From IMG/VR virus record IMGVR_UViG_3300006802_013268: a stretch of 64,000 nt of DNA, one strand, 5' to 3'. This document shows, in pieces, positions 8,766 to 16,648 of this stretch. Numbering within the stretch: the stretch's first letter is position 1; every line of letters starts with the position of its first letter. Below the pieces are notes generated by a model, which saw only the letters and a list, made by a program, of their open reading frames with translations, did no database searches and was not told the origin of the DNA. Source of the DNA: an uncultured virus (IMG/VR IMGVR_UViG_3300006802_013268). Lineage: Duplodnaviria; Heunggongvirae; Uroviricota; Caudoviricetes. A program made the position numbers and the translations under genes.

Positions 8766-9188
8766 TCAGTGAACTGGAAACTTAATAATATTAGATGTAG
8801 AAGCAGAATCATCTATAGAATTCATAATAGAGTTTGCTATTTTTTGTAATCCTTCAAGTTGATCAGTACTCCAACGTTTTTGTTTTAGTCTTGCATTATA
8901 ATGCATATCATCAATAGATTGTTTATAATTATATTCTAAAATTTTCGTAGGATTAGAAATTCCTACAACATGATTACTGCTTATCATAATAAAATCTTCA
9001 TTACTTTCAATATAATGCATCCAAGGTTTAAAAACATAAAAGTATTCATTTCTTTCTCTGTCATAATTTGTTAATATTTCCATAGCATTTCTAACAATCA
9101 TTGAATTAATATCATCCTGAACATATTCAATCACTTCACATAATATTTCTTCTTGACTAGAAAGTTTTAATTGTTTTATGTCATACAT
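8766..9188 (-). CDS. Hypothetical protein (possible Sm-like beta fold), between uvsW and gp55
   Basis: KQLKLSS.EEILCEV, FKPWM, C-terminal NIIKFP; TAATG overlap with the uvsW stop. Confidence 0.75.
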   Translation of the reverse strand: MYDIKQLKLSSQEEILCEVIEYVQDDINSMIVRNAMEILTNYDRERNEYFYVFKPWMHYIESNEDFIMISSNHVVGISNPTKILEYNYKQSIDDMHYNARLKQKRWSTDQLEGLQKIANSIMNSIDDSASTSNIIKFPVH

Positions 9189-10663
9189 TATATTTTTATC
9201 TCTGATATTTTAAAAGGAAACTTTTCTCTATTATATATTTTAATTCTTTCAGCACTATGTGTTAAAGTAAAATTTGGTTTACCTTTCGATCGCAAATCGT
9301 CAGCGATATCATAGAGTCTTGTAGTTCTGCCATCGTCTGCCACCCGTAGTCCTCTACCGATAGACTGAAGTACTCGGATTTGTGATTTGCTGGGAGAAGC
9401 AAAAATAATATTATGAATGTTACGAATATTGATGCCGGTAGAAAACGTACCAAGAGACGCGAGAACAATTGCGTTTGATTGTTTCTCAACGATTTTTCTA
9501 ACAGATTCTCTATCCTCTGTTTTGATTTCACCTGACACATAAAATAATCTTCGTCCATCATTTAATTTATTCTCTATTAAATCTCTTAAAACTTTACCAT
9601 GTTTTTCTACCAAATTAAAAAGAACGAGTGTATTACCATCAAGAGACAAAGAAAGATTACGAATAAATCTATTCCTCCCCTCATGAGAAACCAAGAAATC
9701 AATTTCTTCTTGATACGTTGCATTATATAACTGATCTTTTATTTCTTTTGCGTAATGCAATTGTATTATATCTATATCTAATTTTGCTAGTTGATTTTTT
9801 TCTTGGAGTACTGCAGTGCTAGTTGCTCTATAAACTGACCCGAACAAACCTTCTAGAACTAACTGATTAACTTGACTGCCATCAAGTGTGCCTGTAGTTC
9901 CAAATCTATATTCAGCATTAATTGCCTTGTTCATAATTGAAGAAAGAGATTTTGCTTTGAATCCATGACATTCATCACCAATCACCATACCGAACTGTTC
10001 AAACCATTTTGGTGACAATTTATAAATTGATTGCCATGTACTAATAACTATTTTTTTATCAGTATCTTTATCTTTTCCTGAATAAATTTTATGACAGTTT
10101 TCTTGTGCGTCATAGTTATAGTCTCGAAAGTCCTTAAACATCTGCTCTACGAGTCCTGTAGTCGGCACCACGATGAGCATTTTATCTGACCCTATATTTT
10201 CATACCACCTGCAGAGCAAATAAATTATTAATGATTTTCCAGAACCAGTTGGTGAAATAATTACAGATCTTTTATTTTCTAAAGCATGAACGAATGTGTC
10301 ATACTGATAATCTCTGGGTGCAAAAGGAAGTCCTAACATAGAAATCCACATTAGATTCTTCATGTGATTTACCTGGTTTTTCTCACCAGGAGAACCATAT
10401 GTTGAATCTTCAATAGAAAGTTTTAGTCCTCGTTCTAAAGAAAATCTTTTTATTCTAGGAAAAAGACCTGCATTAATTTCGCCGTTCATTCTATTGAGCA
10501 TATGAATTTGCCCATCCCACACTTTTCTTTTATAAGCGGGCATATACTTATACCCAGGAACATAAAAAGAAAATGCATCATACAACTCTTGTACGATTGA
10601 TTGTTCGCACTTAGTTATTTGTATCATAGCATGATTTTTTAATTTTAAAGATAGTTCATTCAT
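9188..10663 (-). CDS. uvsW: SF2 RNA-DNA/DNA helicase UvsW
   Basis: PRDYQ, SPTGSGKS, GDECH, GTTGT, FSTGINI, LQSIGRGLR. Confidence 0.97.
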   Translation of the reverse strand: MNELSLKLKNHAMIQITKCEQSIVQELYDAFSFYVPGYKYMPAYKRKVWDGQIHMLNRMNGEINAGLFPRIKRFSLERGLKLSIEDSTYGSPGEKNQVNHMKNLMWISMLGLPFAPRDYQYDTFVHALENKRSVIISPTGSGKSLIIYLLCRWYENIGSDKMLIVVPTTGLVEQMFKDFRDYNYDAQENCHKIYSGKDKDTDKKIVISTWQSIYKLSPKWFEQFGMVIGDECHGFKAKSLSSIMNKAINAEYRFGTTGTLDGSQVNQLVLEGLFGSVYRATSTAVLQEKNQLAKLDIDIIQLHYAKEIKDQLYNATYQEEIDFLVSHEGRNRFIRNLSLSLDGNTLVLFNLVEKHGKVLRDLIENKLNDGRRLFYVSGEIKTEDRESVRKIVEKQSNAIVLASLGTFSTGINIRNIHNIIFASPSKSQIRVLQSIGRGLRVADDGRTTRLYDIADDLRSKGKPNFTLTHSAERIKIYNREKFPFKISEIKI

Positions 10664-11327
10664 ATCGATACAAGTTTAACGAATCATAATGATACTCATA
10701 ATCATCATCTGCATGAATTTTTTTCAGATTAACGTATGGTCCTTCTAAAATTAATTCTAGATTTGAATCCTTTACAGCTTTTGCTACATCTGGGTGTGAC
10801 AAATTATCAACTATTAGATGCGGAATTTTTAATTTCTTACAGTTTTCTATATCTAGCATTGCCATATCATATGAATGATCTCCGTCTATTAAACAGACAT
10901 CAAAAGTGTTTTCTTGGAACAATGATAATAAATTTTTAGAATCGTTTTCGACAAAAGTAAATCTATCAGGATATTTGTTTAGAACTAAATCTATACCAAT
11001 TATCCCGCTAATTGATTGTTTCCTTATGTCAACTGAAGTTAGTCTACAACCAAAAAATGATTGCAATATATACGAAGAAGAATATGCAAGACACGTGCCA
11101 ATTTCTAACACATTTTCTGGATATATGAGTTCTTCTACTGAACCGAGAAAAGATTTAATATATGAGTTCGGCGGTAAATGACCCCACCATCTTCCTCGAG
11201 AATCTCGGTTAGAATAATTTTTTTCTCTTGTTAATCTAACTGACTCTATTTCAATAAAATGATCAATATCAAATACAGAATCTAATACTTCTGATTTAAA
11301 ACCCTGCTTCAAACTTACGAACCTCAA
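10656..11327 (-). CDS. Class I SAM-dependent methyltransferase (Methyltransf_24-like); start uncertain
   Basis: VLEIGT...YSS, LTSVD, DS, FD...IDGDHSY.....D, IVDN. Confidence 0.8.
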   Translation of the reverse strand: MRFVSLKQGFKSEVLDSVFDIDHFIEIESVRLTREKNYSNRDSRGRWWGHLPPNSYIKSFLGSVEELIYPENVLEIGTCLAYSSSYILQSFFGCRLTSVDIRKQSISGIIGIDLVLNKYPDRFTFVENDSKNLLSLFQENTFDVCLIDGDHSYDMAMLDIENCKKLKIPHLIVDNLSHPDVAKAVKDSNLELILEGPYVNLKKIHADDDYEYHYDSLNLYRYE

Positions 11328-11739
11328 TAATATTTTTTATTGTAGAATGTCTCCATTTAAGATTATCAATAATCTCTTTGAGAGTATCTATAACAGTTTT
11401 AATGTATTCTATTTTTGCTTCGCTGTCTTGTAATTCAGGATCTGCTTCAACATAATGTTCCATTTCACCTTTCAATATTTTTAATCCATTGAAAGGATCT
11501 GGTTCCCAACCAAACTTAACAATCTCTTCATGAGAAAGTTTGCCGTTATAGTACAACCATTTTTGTTTCATTAAATCTTTTTGTCTGAACTCTGCCTGTT
11601 TCAATTTTAATTTGGCATGAGAAAGAAGAGAAAGGTATTTGGCGTGTAATTCTGGCGTTTTTCTAGAAGCAGAATCTAAATCTATGTTGTTAATTTGGCA
11701 GTCAGTTTGCCAGTCTTCAAGTATTTGTTCAAGGTTCAT
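11296..11739 (-). CDS. uvsY: Recombination mediator UvsY
   Basis: W..D..I, P.LHAKYL, KWLYY.GK, Y.EAD, R...IKN.I..RKFEAG. Confidence 0.93.
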   Translation of the reverse strand: MNLEQILEDWQTDCQINNIDLDSASRKTPELHAKYLSLLSHAKLKLKQAEFRQKDLMKQKWLYYNGKLSHEEIVKFGWEPDPFNGLKILKGEMEHYVEADPELQDSEAKIEYIKTVIDTLKEIIDNLKWRHSTIKNIIEVRKFEAGF

Positions 11740-11753
11740 AATTAAATAAAAGT

Positions 11754-11782
11754 ATTATACTAATTTATTTCAAAATAATCAA
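11754..11782 (-). promoter_or_regulatory. Sigma70-type promoter opening the uvsY-uvsW block
   Basis: TTGATT (11777-11782, inside the gp3 3' end), 17 bp, TATAAT (11754-11759). Confidence 0.65.
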
Positions 11783-12263
11783 ATCTAAATGTTATTGGGA
11801 ATGTTATGTATTGTCCGTCGTTTGTTGATGCAAACTCAATGTTTCCTAAAGAAATTGGTAATGCATTTTTGTAATGCAACTCTCGGTTTTTATTGTTTTG
11901 ACTTGATAAGATTATTGCTCTTATATCACAATAAGAAGGAGCAGGTCCACTAGGAGAAACCATTCTACCTGACGTCTGATGCTCATCTTCAACCATTCGT
12001 TTCATCCAGTCATAAACTTCTTCGTATGCTTTCATGTCTTCATCCATAACCAAATCAAATGTTACAGTTCCAAACTCCAACTTGTCGCCAAGGAAAGGAA
12101 TAGAACCCATACGTTTATATGGAACTTCAGTTGCCGGAACTTCCATTGCTGGATGTGAAATGGACTGAGCGAAATACTGCAAATGCGGATAGTATTCGCG
12201 AGAGATAATTACCCTAAACCCTGTAGGTGCAAGGAAATTTATGTTTTCTATTTTTTCGCCCAT
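11760..12263 (-). CDS. gp3: Tail tube terminator / tail completion protein gp3
   Basis: NFL.PTGF, YF.QS...P, GDKL.F, DEDM..Y.E...WM, P.SL..I.F, TFRF..F; position after gp23. Confidence 0.88.
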   Translation of the reverse strand: MGEKIENINFLAPTGFRVIISREYYPHLQYFAQSISHPAMEVPATEVPYKRMGSIPFLGDKLEFGTVTFDLVMDEDMKAYEEVYDWMKRMVEDEHQTSGRMVSPSGPAPSYCDIRAIILSSQNNKNRELHYKNALPISLGNIEFASTNDGQYITFPITFRFDYFEIN

Positions 12264-12268
12264 ACTTC

Positions 12269-12276
12269 TATTTATA
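12269..12276 (-). promoter_or_regulatory. T4 late promoter (gp3)
   Basis: TATAAATA, 5 nt upstream of the gp3 ATG. Confidence 0.85.
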
Positions 12277-12288
12277 CAATTCTAAGAT

Positions 12289-12313
12289 AAAAAAAGGGGG
12301 ACCGAAGTCCCCC
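12289..12313 (-). terminator. Intrinsic terminator after gp23, cUUCGg tetraloop
   Basis: GGGGGAC-TTCG-GTCCCCC-TTTTTTT on the minus strand. Confidence 0.92.
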
Positions 12314-12336
12314 CCATAAAAACATTATTGTTTTTA

Positions 12337-13758
12337 TTAGATAGCCATATCTAACATGTTATCAACACGGAAGATACGATAGTATTGGTTCGTACGAACC
12401 GCAGCAAGACCGTTAGCAGGAGTCGCGCCCACGAATGGGTTTGATGCCATACCATAACGAGTCTTAAACCCGATACGTGGTTGGAAGTCATTCTCACCAA
12501 CCGCACGTACCATCTGGAGAGGAACGTATGGGCAGTAGAAAACGCCAGCGTCATAAGGATTAGAACCCTTATAACCAACCGTAACGTAGTCGCTGATTGC
12601 ATATGGATCGATGTATACACGAGTACGACCGTTCAATACACCAGCAAACGTGTTACCAGTGTCATCTACTTGAAGATTCGTAGAAAGTGCAGGAGTGTAG
12701 TCTAACATGCCAGCAGAAACAAGTGCAGTAGCAACGTCTGATGAACAGATTACGATGTTACCCTTACCACGACGCGTTTCTTTAGCAATTACGTTACACT
12801 CACGCTCGAGTTGTACAATCAAACCCTTGAACTTTTCAACTGACCAACGACCATCAGCGTCCGTAGACAGGTCGAAAATACCTTTGGTGGTACAGTTAGA
12901 AGTCAAAGCACCAATTTTTGCTTGTGAGTTAATCGTACGAATTACTTCGCGGTTAATCTCAGCAAGGATTTCAGTTGACAGAATGTTTGCCAACTCAGTT
13001 TCAGCGTCAAGACCGTGGATTGCTTTCAAGTCTTGTGCCAATTCTAAGGTGTATTCTGCTTTCAACGCACGAGAAACTGCCGTAACAGTTGCTTTCTCGA
13101 TGCTGAAACCCATTTCTGCAAATGCAGAACCAGTGTTACCCAATGCTTCCGCATCAGCAGTAGGCATACCAGCTGCAGCAGGAGGGGTGCCCAAACCTGA
13201 AGGAATATGAATGCCTTCAGAGTCAACGATCGTGCCGTCTTGGTCACCATCAAGTGTACCAGCAAGACCAGAAGGACCACGTTGCTGAAGAGGAGAACCA
13301 CTCGGACCCATTGCCAAAGTAGAGTCACCTGAATAAGGTACAGAAGCTTCTTGGAAAAGAGCTTCGTCACCAGCAGTAACACCGCCACCACCTTGTGGAC
13401 GAGTCGTCTTATAGCGTGACTTCATAGCGAAGATCAAACCAGTAGGACCAGTCATAGGTTGTACGCCACATACGTCATAAGCCATGAGGTTAGGCATAGC
13501 ACGACGAACGAGAGCGATAAGTACGGGATCCCAACCAGCACCAGCAGAACCAACCCCACCAGTTACTGAGTTACCACCAGCTGCAGTGTTAGCAGCAACT
13601 TCGTTAAGCATGTTGCGCTCTTCGGCGAAAGCACGCTCTTGGTTTTCAAGAACAGCAGCAGTTACCGCACGACGATGAGAATCTTTGATAGCACCAGCAG
13701 ATTCTTCATTGAGGATAGGTGACCACTTCTCGACTAATTTATCGTAAGAAATGTTCAT
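12337..13758 (-). CDS. gp23: Major capsid protein gp23
   Basis: KW.PIL, LVRRAMPNL.AYDVCGVQPMTGPTGLIFAM, RALKAEYTLELAQDLKAIHGLDAE.EL, FQP.IGFKTRYG. Confidence 0.99.
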   Translation of the reverse strand: MNISYDKLVEKWSPILNEESAGAIKDSHRRAVTAAVLENQERAFAEERNMLNEVAANTAAGGNSVTGGVGSAGAGWDPVLIALVRRAMPNLMAYDVCGVQPMTGPTGLIFAMKSRYKTTRPQGGGGVTAGDEALFQEASVPYSGDSTLAMGPSGSPLQQRGPSGLAGTLDGDQDGTIVDSEGIHIPSGLGTPPAAAGMPTADAEALGNTGSAFAEMGFSIEKATVTAVSRALKAEYTLELAQDLKAIHGLDAETELANILSTEILAEINREVIRTINSQAKIGALTSNCTTKGIFDLSTDADGRWSVEKFKGLIVQLERECNVIAKETRRGKGNIVICSSDVATALVSAGMLDYTPALSTNLQVDDTGNTFAGVLNGRTRVYIDPYAISDYVTVGYKGSNPYDAGVFYCPYVPLQMVRAVGENDFQPRIGFKTRYGMASNPFVGATPANGLAAVRTNQYYRIFRVDNMLDMAI

Positions 13759-13767
13759 TCTTTACTC

Positions 13768-14835
13768 CTATTTATTTGTTTTCTTAATAGCATTAAGATA
13801 CTGTTCCATAACTGATGATGTTACCACAGTTTGAACAGAATCATCTAAATCTTCAGCGATTTCTTGAGTATCATTTGCGATTTCTTTCTTGAAGTAAGAC
13901 TCCTTAACAGTCTTAACTTTAGAAGCAAATGATTCTTCATCTTCGAAATCAAGAGAAGAAACTAAAGATTGAAGTTTTTCTACTTGAGTGTCAGCAAGAT
14001 CGCGCGATTGTTCACGAATGATTGATTCACGCTGATATGCTTCAAGTTTGTTTGACATCTCAAGAACTGCAGCAGTTTTCTCGTCAAGTTGTTCTTCCAA
14101 CTCTTCGACTGATGCAGCAAGTTCGTCAACTAGGTCAACCTTGGACTCAGGAACATCGATGTAGTTTTCAACGAACAGGTCTTTCAACGAGTTCATGAAA
14201 CCTTCAGCGATCTCAGTGCGAAGACCAGTCTCCACAGCGAGTTTGTTCTCTTCCATCCATTGTTCAACTACATAGTTGAGGTAGTTATCAACTTTCTCGA
14301 CCAAATCTTCACGAGTCGTTTCGATTTCTGATTCGAGTTTTTCTTGATATTCATCTTCCAAGCGGGAGACTTCTTCCGCAATCTTGGACTTAATAGCAGT
14401 TTCAAAAATAATAGCTGTCTTTGCTTTAAATTCATCAGACAACGTTGCTTCTGATTCTACCAATGCATGAAGGTCTTCGCTAAAATCATATGAAGTTTCA
14501 GGCAGTTCTACTGCTTCATCTTCATCTTCGAAGTCAAAACCTTCTTCGACCATCTTGTCGTACATAGCAGCAAGTTCTTCTTTTTTGGCTTTAGCCATCT
14601 TGCCGTACATAGCATTGATCATACCTGCTTTAGTTTTCGGCTTACCGGACGGTTCGTCTTTAGCAGAAAGTTTGTCGCCCTTACGAGCACTTGCTTGCTT
14701 TTTAACACCGCCTTCAGCTTTGTCTACAGACGCAATGGAATCCGCTTCGGTTCCCACAGGCATTTGTTGAGCTTTCGCTTCCTCGATTTGGTTCTCCTCA
14801 TCTGCAGGAAGTTCAACATTCATATCGTTAGACAT
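13768..14835 (-). CDS. gp22: Prohead core scaffold gp22
   Basis: LS.EFK.K...IFE.A, KVD.YLNYVVE.WM.EN..A...GLRTEIAE.F; ATG 14835 has an AAGGAG SD. Confidence 0.95.
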   Translation of the reverse strand: MSNDMNVELPADEENQIEEAKAQQMPVGTEADSIASVDKAEGGVKKQASARKGDKLSAKDEPSGKPKTKAGMINAMYGKMAKAKKEELAAMYDKMVEEGFDFEDEDEAVELPETSYDFSEDLHALVESEATLSDEFKAKTAIIFETAIKSKIAEEVSRLEDEYQEKLESEIETTREDLVEKVDNYLNYVVEQWMEENKLAVETGLRTEIAEGFMNSLKDLFVENYIDVPESKVDLVDELAASVEELEEQLDEKTAAVLEMSNKLEAYQRESIIREQSRDLADTQVEKLQSLVSSLDFEDEESFASKVKTVKESYFKKEIANDTQEIAEDLDDSVQTVVTSSVMEQYLNAIKKTNK

Positions 14836-14839
14836 GTGC

Positions 14840-15505
14840 TTACTCCTTAAAATTAGATTTGAGTAACGAGAGGAAATTTTTAAACTCACGAACCTGCGTC
14901 TCGTAGAGATGCTTTTTCGGAGCAGATTTAATTTCAGTCTCCATTTTTTCAATTACTTGAGGTTGTATGATGCCATTATTCCACACCCACTCAACACCTT
15001 CCATGATTCCATTAACGAAAGCTGCTGGTGCTGATGGGTCCTGAACGATATCAACCGTGTTTAGGATAAAATCATCCTTCACGTACATCGTGCCACCCTT
15101 GTTCTCAAGACTACCCATACCACGAGTTGAAACACCTAGTTTGACTCCACCATCAAGAAGACCTTTTACAATCTTACCATTAGGAGTATCAAGAATAGAT
15201 GCTTTTCCTACCACATCATTACCCTTCCATTCAAGAGCAGTGATGAGGTGAGAAACTTTATCCAAGTTTACAGTAGGACCTTCGGGATGATTCAATTCAC
15301 CAACCGCTCTCCTCTGAGAAACTTGATCGATCACGTATTTATCTACTGCTTTCTCCATAATAGCACGAGGGTAAATACGACCGTTTCGATTCTTTTGTTC
15401 TGCTTGCGCGAACACGCCTTCAATAGCGTATGACTTTTCGCCACTTTCTTTTTTCTCGACAATATAGTCAAGATCTTGTTCTACATATTCAGCGATAAGT
15501 TTCAT
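14840..15505 (-). CDS. gp21: Prohead protease gp21
   Basis: IEGVF.QA...NRNGR.YP, GELNHP, LGVS.RGMGSL, DIV.DPSAP.AFV.GIME. Confidence 0.97.
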   Translation of the reverse strand: MKLIAEYVEQDLDYIVEKKESGEKSYAIEGVFAQAEQKNRNGRIYPRAIMEKAVDKYVIDQVSQRRAVGELNHPEGPTVNLDKVSHLITALEWKGNDVVGKASILDTPNGKIVKGLLDGGVKLGVSTRGMGSLENKGGTMYVKDDFILNTVDIVQDPSAPAAFVNGIMEGVEWVWNNGIIQPQVIEKMETEIKSAPKKHLYETQVREFKNFLSLLKSNFKE

Positions 15506-15709
15506 TTACATTTCCTTTGCAAATGCAACACCCATCTTTTCTGCTTCTTTTTGAGTTCGATAGGTGTCTAATTTTTCGTTGTCGATATAAACAACAAATT
15601 TATTGTTAACATTATGTACAGATACGTTATGCCTGTTAACACGTTTTGAAAACACTTTGTCTTTAACAGGCAAATTGTTTTTTTCTCTTATCTGCATAAA
15701 TGTTTTCAT
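15506..15709 (-). CDS. Small prohead core protein (gp68-like)
   Basis: MKTF.QIRE start; synteny directly before gp21. Confidence 0.6.
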   Translation of the reverse strand: MKTFMQIREKNNLPVKDKVFSKRVNRHNVSVHNVNNKFVVYIDNEKLDTYRTQKEAEKMGVAFAKEM

Positions 15710-15714
15710 TAAAT

Positions 15715-15722
15715 TATTTATA
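15715..15722 (-). promoter_or_regulatory. T4 late promoter (gp68-like/gp21/gp22/gp23)
   Basis: TATAAATA, 5 nt upstream of ATG 15709. Confidence 0.85.
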
Positions 15723-15727
15723 CAAAT

Positions 15728-15991
15728 TTAGTTCTCTGTTTCATCATCATCTTCAAAATCTTCATCATCTTCAGGTTCTTCTTCAGTATCTTCTTCTGGT
15801 TCTTCATCATTATAGATTTGCCCAGCAAGTTTAATTCTTGCTTGATCCAAAACATCCTGAAGTCTATCACCAACAATAGAATTAAATTTTGCTGTAGCGT
15901 CTGTAAATTTTCCGTCTTCAATTGCTTTAATCATATCAGGAATTGATACTGCTGCTACTTCTACTTCTTGATCTGTGTCTATTTCGCTCAT
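15728..15991 (-). CDS. Acidic prohead core protein (gp67-like)
   Basis: I..I..G....A...F.......L....A pattern plus long E/D tail; synteny; AGGAG SD. Confidence 0.7.
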   Translation of the reverse strand: MSEIDTDQEVEVAAVSIPDMIKAIEDGKFTDATAKFNSIVGDRLQDVLDQARIKLAGQIYNDEEPEEDTEEEPEDDEDFEDDDETEN

Positions 15992-16003
15992 AATTTTACT
16001 CCT

Positions 16004-16648
16004 TTATTTCAATGCTAAAAATTCGCCTTTAGTTAATAATTTTTCAGTTCTAGACTGTACATTATTTAATGTTGTATTTGCCACAGACAAATCGCTATCG
16101 ATGTTTTGTACTAACTGGCCATAAGAGACTGAAGAAACAATTTCATTTTTACTAAATCCCCAAACTCTTTCTGCTATGGCAGCGTAATCCGATTCTGTTA
16201 TACTCGTACTCGCTACCAACTGGTCAACCAAGTTAGATCGAGTGATGATAATGTTTGCGCCACTCGCAAACAAAAACGGGTTTCCCCCTGCTTCTCTAGT
16301 ATACAGGTTTCCATTCACCGTCAACAAATATGCCTCCGGTTGCGGAAACGGTTGTATTCTCCATCCATTTTCCAAGAAGAACGTCGAACCAACATTCAAC
16401 GTATCGTTCAATGGTTCACCACCAATCGCGCTGATTGCTGTTTCTGATGCCGAAGCATATGGATATTCTGGTGATGTCAAATACCATTCTTTCCACGCAG
16501 AATATATGTCAATTTTTACATCAAGTTCTGTTACACCTTCATTTACATATATGATTTTTTCAAACGCAGAAAACGTAACTTTCTGATTCGGAAATTGATT
16601 GGGGTCCCATTGCCACCATGTGCCGTAGTTGAACGCAGTAGTAGACAT
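16004..16648 (-). CDS. Putative virion protein (island)
   Basis: 214-aa ORF; DIYSAWKEW, AIGGEP, FFLENGWRI; short C-terminal coiled coil. Confidence 0.6.
   Translation of the reverse strand: MSTTAFNYGTWWQWDPNQFPNQKVTFSAFEKIIYVNEGVTELDVKIDIYSAWKEWYLTSPEYPYASASETAISAIGGEPLNDTLNVGSTFFLENGWRIQPFPQPEAYLLTVNGNLYTREAGGNPFLFASGANIIITRSNLVDQLVASTSITESDYAAIAERVWGFSKNEIVSSVSYGQLVQNIDSDLSVANTTLNNVQSRTEKLLTKGEFLALK

Noticed and set aside
12707..13210. Plus-strand ORFs opposite gp23 (and similar ones, e.g. 23037-23600, 24510-24980)
   Set aside because: Antisense shadows of codon-biased or repetitive genes, with no recognisable motifs or expression signals.
13769..13776. AATAAATA as a gp23 late promoter
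   Set aside because: It directly abuts the SD, so a transcript from it would lose the SD; explained by the gp22 Asn-Lys-stop codons.
14836..14952. Longer gp22 N-terminus in the ORF track
   Set aside because: It overlaps gp21; ATG 14835 has a clear AAGGAG SD.
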